Made by a program: the position numbers and the translations under genes | DNA from: Balanoglossus misakiensis | Taxonomy: Eukaryota > Animalia > Hemichordata | Direction of reading: 5' to 3' | Assembly (NCBI GenBank): GCA_040954595.2 | Contig: CM082581.2 | Span: forward strand, 10,787,099 to 10,851,098 | DNA length: 64,000 nt | Notes under the pieces: generated by a model | What the model was told of the DNA's origin: nothing | The model's input: the letters and a program-made list of their open reading frames with translations, nothing else | The model's database searches: none | Part shown: piece by piece, positions 1 through 12,700 of the stretch | Layout of the letters: every line of letters starts with the position of its first letter | How positions within the stretch are numbered: position 1 is the first letter of the stretch

Positions 1-1224
1 AATAACATTGTTTGAATTAACCACAAGTCAATATTCCTAATATAAAACAGACAATTTTAGTGTACAGTTTATATTAAAAGATGAGATGGGCCCATAGCTA
101 TATCACTTGAGTGAAAACTCAAGTGATATAACTATCCGATTTGACAGCATAAAGATCAAAAGTTTTGACGAATAACAACCATGGTCCACAGGGTTTATGT
201 GCATATTAAAAACAGCCCAAAAGAGCAGATTACAAACTGAATTGTGATTAACTGGAAATATCGGTAAAACAACAGAAATGATGATCAGTTGTTTACACAA
301 ATACACTGAATAATATTTTAGGTACATGTATATGGTTATGCATGTGAAAGGAGGAAAATAACTTTACTAAAATCTGATTGCACTAAACGAAAAAACACCA
401 ACCAATCAAAAGTCACTTTTCTTATGGAGTGTAATATACATATTTTAGTATTTAAATTATTAAGAACTTTACAAGTCTAATAAAAGCAATTTCGAGCTAA
501 AGTAACATACACACAAAAAAGTACAGACCCGGCAAAAAACTTTCATGATGGGAAAAACACTGATGTAATCTGATCGTTCTGTACAGCTGCTAACAGGGTA
601 TTACCGATAAAAAGTTAAGGAGAGGTCTGTCATTGATGAAGAAATTCACTCAAAACACTTGAAGAGGACAGGAACAAAATAGAGCAAAAAAAAAATATCA
701 TATAAAATGGGAAAAACTTTGACATCGCACGCAATCCTCATATTCCACAACAGATTTCTGACAAAAAGTTACAAAAACAGCATTTTGCAGAAAGCGGTCC
801 ACTCACTACGATACAAAACTTAATTTCAATGAGAACTCATATTAGTTTCACACAAATAAATAAGCATAAACCAGCTATCATACGCTTTCACCTGAGGACC
901 AATTTTAATTTGATTCCATGAAACGGAATAATTACTCTATGCTAATTAAGAAAAAAACATAATTACCCATATACACAAGTTATAAATATTGCCATAATTG
1001 TACGTATATTTTTTCTTCTTCAAAAATCAACCCACGTTACCTACAGGGGGAGGGTGACGTGAAAAAAAATCACCAACTTTGTTTTTCCGTCATTCTTTTT
1101 TTTTATATAAAAAAACATCTGTACAGATAAGTTTACTTGTTCAATCCTCATAGAGACTGAATCATATTGCACTAACACTGGAGATTTGATTGCGTTTAAG
1201 AGACTGTTTCTGAATATGTCCGTG

Positions 1225-4200
1225 TTATAGGTTTTTGAATCGAGAGGAAAATCCTATCCTGCTGCGCTCTCCCGCCCACGATTTCGATTTCATGCGAAAG
1301 TGTCTCAAGTCGTGGGTGTGGTCCTTGTCCAGCATCTCTTTGTAGGTCTGTGGCTCACAAAGATCCTGCAGAGAGAAAAAATCAGTTTTAATTAATACAA
1401 TTGCATACATATTTCTCACCTAGTTTGTTGACATAATACTGCCTTTTATCCAGCAAAACAATATGTCAAAAAAAAAAACATGACCTGACAACACAATCTA
1501 CTTTTTCTTACATACAGTCGACTTCACAAGATATTCCCAAAAAATCCTCACCTTGCAACTCTGAAAGAATGCCTTGTATCCGCCCTCTATCAAATACAAC
1601 TCTGGATAATACAAAGCCGGATAATTGTCCTTGTTCAAGTCACGGTCCTTGTTTCGGAGAAATCGACAGAGATTTGGTGCTCTGTTGGACGAAAACTCAC
1701 AATGGAAAACAATGATGTGTCTCTTTTGGGTTTTGCCGAGGCTTTGTATCTTTGCATGCGACAGGAATTTTTCCATGACATCCTCTTTTTTATACACATT
1801 TTCCGCTCCCTGAAAGAGGTAAAAGAAAATTCAGTTTATTTCAAAAATTAGAAATTTCCCCCACCATGAAATAGTGGGTGCCCATTATTAAAAAAACGTC
1901 ACCAAACGCATAGAAAAATGTGTTAATATTCTTTTCAAGCAAATATAAGATTTTTTGGCGCTTATACTTACATCAATATGTCCTCCTTGGTATTCATAAG
2001 GATATCTACAATCCACAATTGAATACGCAATATTCTCAAATTCGTCGTTCAGCAATCGTCGAACAGTGTCTGGAGTGATCGCCTTCAGGTCTTGATGTTT
2101 GCCCTTTATCACTGGCAAGACACACGACTGAAAAAAATAAAAAATGCAGATAAATTTAATTGGATTAAATCCTGATAAGTTAGTTCTCTTGCATGGATAT
2201 TTGACAACAACCTGTGTGTGTTACCACTAAGCTTATTATGCAAACATGGAAATGATCACTGAATGGAATCAAACATTAAATGTAACAGGGGCGTGGGGGT
2301 TCCAAAGTTGAAGATTTCGACTTCTGATAGGACGGGCTATCCACAAACAAAATAATCTGCTTTAGTATAGATTTGATAGTGTGTCAGAACATGACTTGCC
2401 ATGGGCTAGCTTGCAGGTCATTTTACTTGTGAACGATGCCCAGACATGAAATGTGGCCAACTTGTTTTGTCGCTCCCAGACAAACCAATTAAGTGAGTGG
2501 TGATTATATTTCAGTAAATCGGGTATCACAATCACTCTGTACATTAACATCCTTGCACTCCTATAATAATGCATCATGAAAATCTGGCCTCACCTCAGTG
2601 AAATCACCAATCAAATTCTCTTGGTCAGAGCCAACCATCAGCGCTCGGTCAATATGATCAGGTGCCAGCACAGATTTGGAACGGAATAAACCTGGCCTCT
2701 TTGCAGGCTGTGGGGAGAAGAGATCAAGTGATTATGCAATGGCACACTAAGAACACCCCCTACACAAAATGTTTACTTTTAAATGAAAAACACTGTTATT
2801 GATAGTTTTATTTTTAAATTCTCATCTGATCATTTTTTTACGATGATTTATTCACAATCTGGCATGATGTCTTTTGATTTATAAAAAATGAAAATCTGCT
2901 AGATGATATTGCAAACATTTACCTTTGAGGTCAGACATTGGGGACTTGCAATGGAACATCTCCTCTTGCTTCTAATGGGACTGCATGAATCAGTTGGCCT
3001 GTCTGGTCTTTTCAAGAAAGAAGTGGACGCGGACATTCTGGACACGTTGCCGGGGACACTAGGAGATCGGAAGAGCCCCCTCTTTGGGCGCATCCGTGCC
3101 GAGGGGGTGTCGTCGTAACTGGGCCAGCGCGTCGTCGCGTGGCAAACTTGCGACTGGGGCGGCTCGGTGCATCCATCTACGCAATCGGTGCCGACGTGCG
3201 GTGACGACTGCGCTTGCAAATCGGCCGGCCCGTCAGTACAGTCGTGTCCCAGGGGTGAGAAACCCAACAGAGGGGCACTCAACAGCCCGGACATACCGGA
3301 AATGCCGCTGTTTTTATTCTGTAAAAGTAAAACAAAATATGATTTTTTATTTCTATTTTCAATTAGACTCAAATAAGACAAACTTGTAGGGGCAGATCTG
3401 ATTGAAATTCAAAGCATCATGTGCATACAAACACTCACCTCATGTGGACCATCCTCATCATCATCGATTAACTCAAGAAATCCATCATCATCTTCTTCCT
3501 CCTCGGTACTTGTCAGCTTAGATTTGGACAGCGACACTGGACTATCTTGATTGAGCTGTGGTAATAACCGAGGGAGTAAATACATGTAAAACTGCAACAA
3601 GTGTTTCACTTTCAGCAGGGGATTTTATTTTCCATGTGATCTCAAATAGCTGAATTTACTGCTTACCAAACTGGCTGGAGCTGATGTTGGCCTCTTCTTT
3701 GGAGGGGTGTACCCCGAGTTGGCAAAATTTCCGTTTCCCAGTGGCCTTCTTGGCGGGAGAGGTTCAACAAACTTAAAATCGTCTTTCAGTTGACACTTTC
3801 TTGAAACCACACTTTCCTGAAGAAGATAAAAAGTCAATGTCAGTCAAGACCCGACTTGTTGGTGCAGTTGTGTGATTCACCGTCAAAGAAGGCAAAATCT
3901 GTCATAAAACGAAACAGTAAAACTGTCTTGGGTTGGTGCCAATGGCTTTTTGTACTGCACCGTTTGGATAGCCTTCAGAGATAATGGTGGGAATTTCTTT
4001 CAGAGCTTCAACAAAACGCAATATTTTTTCTTCATCCTAAAGTTAAAACTGGCTACTGTTCAGATCCATTAAAAAGTTCTGATTTTTTTTTACTAACCTG
4101 AGTAATGTTTTCTTTGTCCATAGTTTCGCCAATATAAAAGGTCGTTCGCACATTGACTTGAGAAAGTGGACTATCGGGGGTTGGTGGCCTAACTCGGTTT

Positions 4201-7200
4201 TCCGAATCGAAGCTTGCGTCATTATTCCTGGAGTTTGCAGAAATCCGTGAAAATCTGCTCAATGCGGAAGAGGGGCAATTTTTCTTGTATGAAGATGGCC
4301 TTCTGAAATGTGACAAAAGAAAAGAAAAACGAGTGAGAAATAACAGTGGCACTAAAATCTTTCAGTAATAATGATCCAAGTATACTGCCATGGATTGATT
4401 TCCGTGCTGGTTCCAGGCACTGAGAAATTAGCATATCAAAGAAAACGATTAGCTGAACTTAAGTCAGCGCAACAGGCTCCATAAAACTCAGATATTGATT
4501 TTCTTCCCCCAAATAAAAAGTTAAGGGGCTCTGGGATTTGATTCCCTTGGTTGGTGCATCCTTTAAACTGCCGCACAAAGACACGGCCTTGGTTCAGAAC
4601 AGGGCGCTGGCCTTCAAGATATGCAAATTATATAGGTATAATAAACACAAAGTAGGCCATAAGGTTATAGCCAAGTTACAAAAAAGGCCGCTCAACAGCC
4701 TCCAATGCAGACCAGGCTAGGGGGCCACCTGTCACCCTATCACGAAAGAAAACACAATTTTCCCTAATAATACATGTTGGTTTTTGATTTCTGGATAATC
4801 AAAAATCCTTGTGTGCAGACTTCCTCATATAAATAAATTTCAACTGACCTGATAATGAGCTTCTTCCGTTCTTTGATATTTAAGAAGTTTTCACCATCAT
4901 TTGATGCCTCGCTGTCAGAATAAGTTCCACTACTGCAACTGCCATTACTGTTCTCATTGTGTTCAACATTTTCACCGTTTTCCGTCTGTGGCTGATGGAT
5001 TGCGGTAAATGTAAAACAATGACTACCAAACCTGGTGAAGAAAAATAAAAAATAAATGTATCACTCAGTTGATCAAATACACTATCGATTAATGACACAT
5101 TTAATACAAAAAAATCATACAAATCAAATCTACATAAATAAAAAAAATGAACACAATTACTTACAGTGGTGAAGGCGACTCCAGGGGACTTGGGGAGTCA
5201 AGACAACAACCTGCATGACAGAACAAAGAAAATAGGAATTTCAGTATATGTACTAGAGCACAAAGACTTGCTCACACAAATATATGCAATTTTTTCTCTT
5301 TCTACATCACTCACTCAAATCAGCATCACAATTCACTTAGTCAGATGCTTGAATATTTTAAAAATTGCAAAAATTATTAAAAAACTGAATTGTTTAAAAA
5401 ATTAATGTTTGATAAAACATCCACCAAAACTACAAAAATCTCTTTCTTTTTTTTCATTCATTTTTATCATCATTCTTATATCAGCTGGCCCAGAACAGAA
5501 ATTTACATCTGCGGTTATCTGTGGAAACCCTTATCTGATGCACGCACCATTAAAAGAAACGAAAACTCTTAATAGCGGTCCAGGGTGGCTTGAAGGCCTG
5601 TTTAAATTTGCCGGGCTTTCATCCACATGATTTACATGATAAAAAAATCCAAACTTCCGGAAGTGGTAAAAGCCATTATAACCAACCCGCAGCAGCCGGC
5701 AAGCTTTACAATCTCTTTGTGACCCACACGCTTTGTAAAATTTGAATAAATACGTCGGCCAGTCAGGCTGATACACTGGGGACCCCAATTCCTTTGCCTG
5801 AACTTTAACCTGGCTTTGTTTCAACAGTTCAATATCGGCCAAACCAAACAGCTGGCACACTTATCAACTAAACACTTTTCATTGACTTTCATATTTCCTT
5901 TGTGTGTGACACCAGCTATGTTTCTAACCAAACAAAGCCATCTCATTAGGGATTCAGGTGGCACACGCCAGTGATTAAAGTCCTTTGTTTTAATCCTGGC
6001 CCTTTTGTCTAGGCTTGAGGGCTACAAAATCAACATGCATAAATTTGCATTTAAATGAACTCCTCAACACAAAACATTGATTTTATTCCAGTTTGACTTG
6101 TCAATTTGAGACTGGAACAGCTGGCGGAAAATATGAAAGCAGGGAGTTTCTTTGTCACCACTGAGACAAGAATAAAAAGAATATCTAGTAAAAAAGTTTA
6201 AAATCTTAAACACTATCATTTTAGCAAATATTTTTCAATTTGAGCATATGACCCTCATACAACATTGTGATACCATCATTTTTAACTTATTTTCTTTTCT
6301 TTATTGTTACCTTACCTGCATCTGAGCTTAATGATGATGGTCTGTCTGGTGTGGGTGTTCCAATGGTACTGAGCGAAAGCCTTCTTTTAGGTGTTGCACC
6401 AAAGCTGAACAGAAATAAATAAATAAATATTGTTCTATTTTCCACATATAAATCAGGGTATTATTTTTCAATTTCATATTTATAAATGCCTTATATTAAA
6501 ATCTTTCCAAAGCATACTGAACTTAACTGAAGTCTGACAGCTGTTCACACACACAGAACAAATACTAATGTCAGAGGTTGGCACTTGACTGGGCCAACAG
6601 AGAACCCTTATCTCTTAACCCTTTGCTGCCCAGAGCGCCCTCATGCGCCCGACATGCGCTGCTGTCCAGAGCACCCGTAAGTGCCTGAGAATTCCAGAAC
6701 TTCCGGTAATTCAAAAAGTGTGGGATACGTAACGGTTTCCTGTGAAATACATGCTATCAGTTTTTAGTGACGTATTAAACATCTGTTAGGCTCTCATTTC
6801 CCGCCAAGAAAATATCATGTGACCATTTGACCTTTTGCCGTTATCAGCGATTTAATCTCAAGGGACGCTACAGGATGCTGCCGATTATTTTTAGTTAATT
6901 TATTCACGACATTTGTTTACAGAACTGACTTTTCCTACCACGATTTTTGTGAGAAAAACTGTGGCATATGCCGAAATAAATTGATTTTTTTTAAGGATGT
7001 CGATTAGGAATAATTTTTAGGACTAGAAAATGTTGAAACTGCTAGCGATTTTGATGAACATGCACGGGAATCTCGATGTGGGAAAATTTTGAATTTTGAG
7101 GCGGCGGCCGTTGAACTCTCACCGGGAGCACCGGGCGACTTGCGCAACGTTCCTGGGTTATCAGAGATAGAATTTTATTAAATTGTCGGGTTTTTTTTGC

Positions 7201-8449
7201 GGAATCTGGTACTAACCAACGTTTGGAAGTATGTGCCCATATTTTTAGCAGTTAATTGCCCAGAATTTTATGAAGCAACTTGCCAACGAGATCGTGCTAC
7301 ACAATGTCAACAAATCCACGCAGCGGACTCGATCAGTACTAAAATCAAGGCTGATGAAATACGGGAGTTTTAATATTTACGTGAATATTTTTATACGTGT
7401 TCGCTGTTTTCCACATGTCAAATTAGTTCACTGGTGACAGATTTCAAGTACCAGACATCGCTAAGATCATGCTAATGAGCAGATACAGAAAACTTTGCGA
7501 GTATTTTCCATGTAAAGAACAATGACCTCGCCTTGCCCTGAGGTGACCCGATCGTGATCGCGTGTTCAAAATCCGACCCCTGTTAGAGATCATTCACCTG
7601 TCATTTCCAGCTAAGTTTTATTCATTTTGGGAGCTGTTGATTGATCAGGCCACAGTGTAATTCAAAGAAAACGACAATATGATAATATCATATAAATGCC
7701 TGCAAAACCAGTCGAGTGGGAGTTCAATGCGTATGCATTGCAATGAACATAGTTGTCATCGTCATCAAATGTAGTGGAATTTTTGTAATTTCATAATCAT
7801 TTTAGCATCAATTGAAAGCCCATTTTTTTAGCTTTCATATGAATATTTGTTGCTATAGTCAATTTGTAGCTCATTTTTTGTTACATTGAAGAAAAGAAAT
7901 CACTGTCAGGCATTGAATAATATTTTCTAATTTGAGTGGAAAGTTCTGGTCTCCACTGTACATTGTTATGCAAATGATCTGGGCTGCAAAGGGTTAAGGT
8001 GGAAATGTAAAATATTAGGGTATACAATGAGAACCCTCTTTTTAGGGATCTGGTTAAAATTGTGATTTTCAGAAGAAAAAAATTGACAGTTTTCAGGGAT
8101 TAATTTTCCATGTTGGGAATTTTACCCTGGGGAAGCTGGGAGTTTTATATCGCCATCTATGATTGGTTGTTTGAAAATGGCAGCGTGTATGTATATGTGA
8201 ATGATGTTCTGATTATTTCTAAAGTAAAATAAAAATATATATATAAATGTGAAACAGATCAAAACTGAATTTTACTAATAAACTGAACAAACTGAATAAA
8301 TACCTTGTACTCAATCCGCTCATATTCATGGCCAAGTCGGTCATCGGTGATAACACTGTCGTGCCAACAAATGCCGATGGCGAAAATATTTCATGGCCGC
8401 CCAATAAGGGTAGTCCCAATCCATTTCTTCTCGTTGACTCCGCTGTCAT
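1225..8449 (-). CDS. cdc25: M-phase inducer phosphatase Cdc25 (12 coding exons, about 666 aa)
   Basis: Exons (minus): 8449-8304, 6404-6316, 5210-5165, 5031-4849, 4302-4098, 3816-3667, 3555-3439, 3318-2923, 2707-2594, 2127-1972, 1809-1552, 1365-1225. All are GT-AG with matching phases, total 2001 nt. Motifs: catalytic [45 protein letters not shown], Chk1/14-3-3 site LFRSPSVP, degron-like [13 protein letters not shown] and DDDGFL. Confidence 0.96.
6619..7993 (+). mobile_element. Internally deleted, degenerate piggyBac DNA transposon in cdc25 intron 1
   Basis: TTAA duplications at 6615-6618 and 7994-7997. TIRs CCCTTTGCTGCCCAGA and TCTGGGCTGCAAAGGG match at 15/16. Frameshifted transposase remnants at about 7470-7740 ([46 protein letters not shown]) resemble the piggyBac DKLFKIRPL, IDESMVPFKG and MPNKPIKWG motifs. 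Confidence 0.9.
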
Positions 8450-9079
8450 CTTCGAAGGTTATATGAAATACTTGGGGATGGTATTTTTCTTCAAGATGAC
8501 AAACCCAAATTTGAATGGGGGACGCGACGCTATCCAAATGAGCTCAATGTGCACGTAAGCACACACACGCTGGACTGGTTCCAAGATCTCAGATCAAGCC
8601 GGGTCCGCCTCTTGCAAAACGAAACCTCTGGTTGTATAAATTGCACTTTCCCGATCAAAAAGAATAAATGTTACCGATGATGGGACAGCTTACAGTAATG
8701 TGATGTCCCGATTTAATACATATTGGGCCAAGGTTTCGGCGATGCACAACTTGGTTCGGTAACGAAAGATGTTTGTAATTCTATCTTCCAAATCTTGAGG
8801 TCTGGTCTTGCTGGTTGGTGGTATGTGGACGTGTGGGTTGGTCAAAGGGTACTAGATCGGCTCCGGCGATCATGGATTTCGGCGAATCGCGGCAGATTTG
8901 AAGGAAGACAGGCTACGGCAGATTACACACAGCTACATAAATGACTACAGAGTTCGATCTTCGACAAATCAAGCTAAACTACTCAAGATTTGAGAAGGAA
9001 TAGCCTGAAAGTCCTGCACACGAGAGAGTCCTGACTGCAAATGATCAGCTGCTAAGAGAAATCAAGAGAACCGCCTTTA

Positions 9080-9620
9080 GTTGACGTTTGAAAAACAACA
9101 TCACGACAGCCAATCAGAAACCAGGGACGAATGCAAGCCAGCTGGATACCGGAGTGAACATACCATTCCCATATACTGGGGGACATAAAAAAACAACAAG
9201 TCAAAATTCGATATTTTTGTCGCTGCTCTGCCACTAAAACAATAATATTCTCCACAAACTATATTTTCTTTTACAATTTTATACACAAAAATTGAACGCA
9301 AACGAAAAAAATGTACACGTTTGACAACATATAAGGTTTTGTTCAAACCCAAAGCATAATAGTATCGTCTACTAAAAAGTGTTCTAAAAATCCATTTTTT
9401 ACGTTCTAAAACGACATTTTGCGGCAAAAATTCGTCTGTTTCATTAATGTTATCACATTAGAGGATCCATTTACTTGTAAAATAAAGAATTTACAGTATT
9501 CGCTGCGAATTTCGCCAAATGAACATGGAGATATTAATATTCATGAGTTCTTTCTGCGTACATTTCACTTTGCGCTTGCGTCAAAAATTCCGCGCCAAAT
9601 CTGAAACAGAACACAAAACA
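9080..9620. promoter_or_regulatory. Bidirectional cdc25/SLBP promoter with cell-cycle elements
   Basis: Start codons diverge (8449 on -, 9723 on +). CHR-like TTTGAA at 9087-9092 and CCAAT at 9110-9114 lie on the cdc25 side; E2F-like TTCCGCGCCAAA at 9588-9599 and TTTCGCCAAA at 9510-9519 lie on the SLBP side. TSS positions are inferred. Confidence 0.6.
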
Positions 9621-9722
9621 GGTCGAATCAGCTGAAGTCCCAGTAGCATCTGTGAATCGTCTTGCCAGTGTTCAGTTTAGTTCATATTTTCACCATTTTA
9701 CGCTGAATTTAATTAATTAATC

Positions 9723-12700
9723 ATGGCACCTGCAAGATCAACATGCCACGGCGAGGCTGAAGAATACAGAAATCGATCACAACACCGTGATCGTGAAAGA
9801 AGAGCGCAGAACCAAAGGTAAACTAACATAGCCAGCTGCATAGGTTTATTTCATTTGTTTACTCCAAAACTTTCGAGGTCAAGATGTTTTCTTTTTCTTT
9901 TTTTTTCAAATGGACCAGAGTGGCCTTAATTGTGACTTAGTATCGAACAATTGACCAAAATGTTGCTGACATTATGAGTTTGCATCGGGGGGAAAAAAAA
10001 GGTCTAGATAGAAATCCGGGTTCATCTTTCGCGCGTGTTTTCAACATGGCATTGGGCCAAACGCGGGAAATTCTTATTGATATTTTGGTCGATCATTTAC
10101 TTTGTACTTGACGCTGATTTGCACTCCAATGTCAAGTCCATTCTTATTCAAAGCAATACTCCATAGTTACCGGCTTTCGGCCAACCGATTTCATTGTTAT
10201 GGTGAAAACTGGACTGCGGTAAACAAAGCCATCTTGATTAGAATTATTCTCTGGACCCCCAAAACTGGCTTGAAAATATCGTTTCTATAGTGATGCAAAA
10301 GTTTCCCAGCGCAGCATTACAAACGTCAAAGATCCGTGGCTTTAGAAATAATGAAAATAATTCACACACTGATATTTTTGGTGTCTTGATTGCATTGTAA
10401 TTGTCGAGCAGAATTTTAACACTGCTGACATCAGTTGCTGTAGAAGCGAAATTACCATAGCAACACACTGCGCTGAAGTGAAATAAACACGAATACACAT
10501 TCTGTCATTCACTCATTCATTCCTGTCCTAGTTGAAATATTAAAGTATGTGGTAAATTTGTAGAAAAAAAATGTTTATTATGCTTAATACTTGCTAGCCT
10601 AGTTATGCAAAAAGCCTTGATGTGCACAAATAGTGACTGAAAGGAAGGATACTGAAAATAAAATAAACTACAAGTAGTAATACTTAGTATGGTAAGTCTA
10701 AGCTTGTTATGTGTAACATAGCAAGTAGAGTGTTGGGTTGAGATAGTGGGATAAAATAAACTAGTTATTAATTATAGTTTATAACAGACTAAACACATTG
10801 AACAGTGGTACCAGAGGTAATAATCAAATTTAAAAAAATGGTGAGTTCTGAGCAGATGTTGTATCAATGATTACTCTGTTTCTTATCAATATCTACTGTA
10901 ACATTGAAACTTTTTTCAAAGTTTTAAAAAGTTCAAAATTTAGATTTAAATGTCCAGAAACAGGATCGGCTCCAGGTTTCTTTCTTTTTGCAAATGCATT
11001 TGAACTCGTCATGTTTGTTGCTCTTGCAGAGAAAGACACCAGAGACACAATCAGTCGGGAGAGAAACTTGAAAGAGGTCTCAGCCCACTCAGAAGTCCAC
11101 GAAGACATGAATACGGAATGAGTTTGGATGAAGGAGTCCACAAGAGGTGAGCTTCAAATCCATTAGTCTTGCAAAAATGTGGTTTTCATCCCAGAATGAT
11201 GGCTGGTTTTAAATGCCTGGTAAATCTTAGTAACACTAATCCAGGTTTACATGTACCCTTGAAAAAAACACTGTATACTAAGTAGTTAACAATATTGTAC
11301 AAAAATGCCCCTTTTGACAAGAAGAGAGTGTTAGCTTTGTATTGATTTTTGCAAGTTTCTCCCGAAATCATTGTATGTCCAACACAATATTCAGGACGAT
11401 CTTTGACAGTTGTCTATGGTCTGTTCTAATTACCTAAACCATTGAAGGTTTACTCCCCAGAGCTCATGCTAATCACACAAATGTTTTGCCAGAGGTATTA
11501 TATAAAAAAAAAAAGCTGGTACCTCTGGTAGTTTTCCCAGGGCCCGCCATTGACACCTTCACAGTGGCTGCCGTGGACCCCAGTCCCTTTAAAGCCACTA
11601 ATCCTTCAGAATTCCCGACACATTCATTCCGACTTTCCATAGCCTGCACTGCTGGGCATTGACGTGCAAATTACAAGCGTTAAGACTCTCTGTTCAGAGT
11701 CAATTATTTCAAAGGGAGGACACTTTTGGGACATTTGAGTGAAAATTACCTAAATGTGACAAAATGACACCACCTTGCCAAGTATCTGTGGGTCTTTTGA
11801 AAAGCATTCATTCCTGGAGGGCTTGTTTGCTCCTAGCGCTCCGTGGGATGTCAAGTTCAACCTGACCTTGTGTCGTTTGTCACTTTTCAACAAGTTCAAC
11901 CCATTCATCAACAGATCTTGGTGAAGGTTTCATATCAACTTTTGAACATCCTGATCCAAGATGATTTGAGGAAAAGTGTGCCTTTCTTGGAGGCCTGGAG
12001 ATTCTGCACTAAGTGGGTGTGGTTCTTTGGTCTGCCCCAATTTAGTTTCTGAACTTGAAATATGTCCTAAGATAAAGACATTGAGAGCCAGGTGTATATT
12101 ATCCATCCAGTAATCCCCGGTGACCAAGAAAGTGCACTTGGCCTTGACCGTCCAATCTTTAACTTCTAAGAGATCTGCAAACTTCTTTAGCCCAAGTACA
12201 CATCATTAGTATTCATAGATATTCCCTGGTTACATGTATGTCATTATTGGTTTTCACCATAAGTGGCCGGCTGGCTCCCAGCAGACACCTCGATTTTACT
12301 TGGGATCATATGCGGTGTTTCCGGGATTGTGAGATTTGCGTAATTTGGCAGACCACACCCAGTCCAAAGTGGGAAGATGATGTTTGATGATGTCAATCAG
12401 GTTCCATGGTCAGGTGTTAGTGGGGGGTGTGGTTGTTGGGCCTTTCTCAAGTCATTGAATTTTTCAGTATGGATATCTCACAGGGTGAAATGGTTCCAGG
12501 GGTTGTCAAAACATACTATCATTTCAGCACCACCAACAAAACTCGCCCTTGCCCCATACTTTCAAAGAGAATTTTCTTTCAAATCAAAATCCATCGAAAC
12601 CAAACGTTTACCAGTATCTCATTTCGTGGTCCCAGTTCTGAAAGTTGGTCTCAGCAAGTACGCTGCATCCTTTCAAGTGCTAATCCCTGTTGAGTGATTA

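Noticed and set aside
5990-6030. GGCCCTTTTGTCTAGG as a histone stem-loop or U7 snRNA Sm site
   Set aside because: The 3' arm does not pair, the AATTTGTCTAG site is incomplete and no clean terminal hairpin follows.
12100-12145. QVHFLGH peptide suggesting a Gypsy reverse transcriptase
   Set aside because: No YxDD or other RT motifs nearby and no LTRs were seen.
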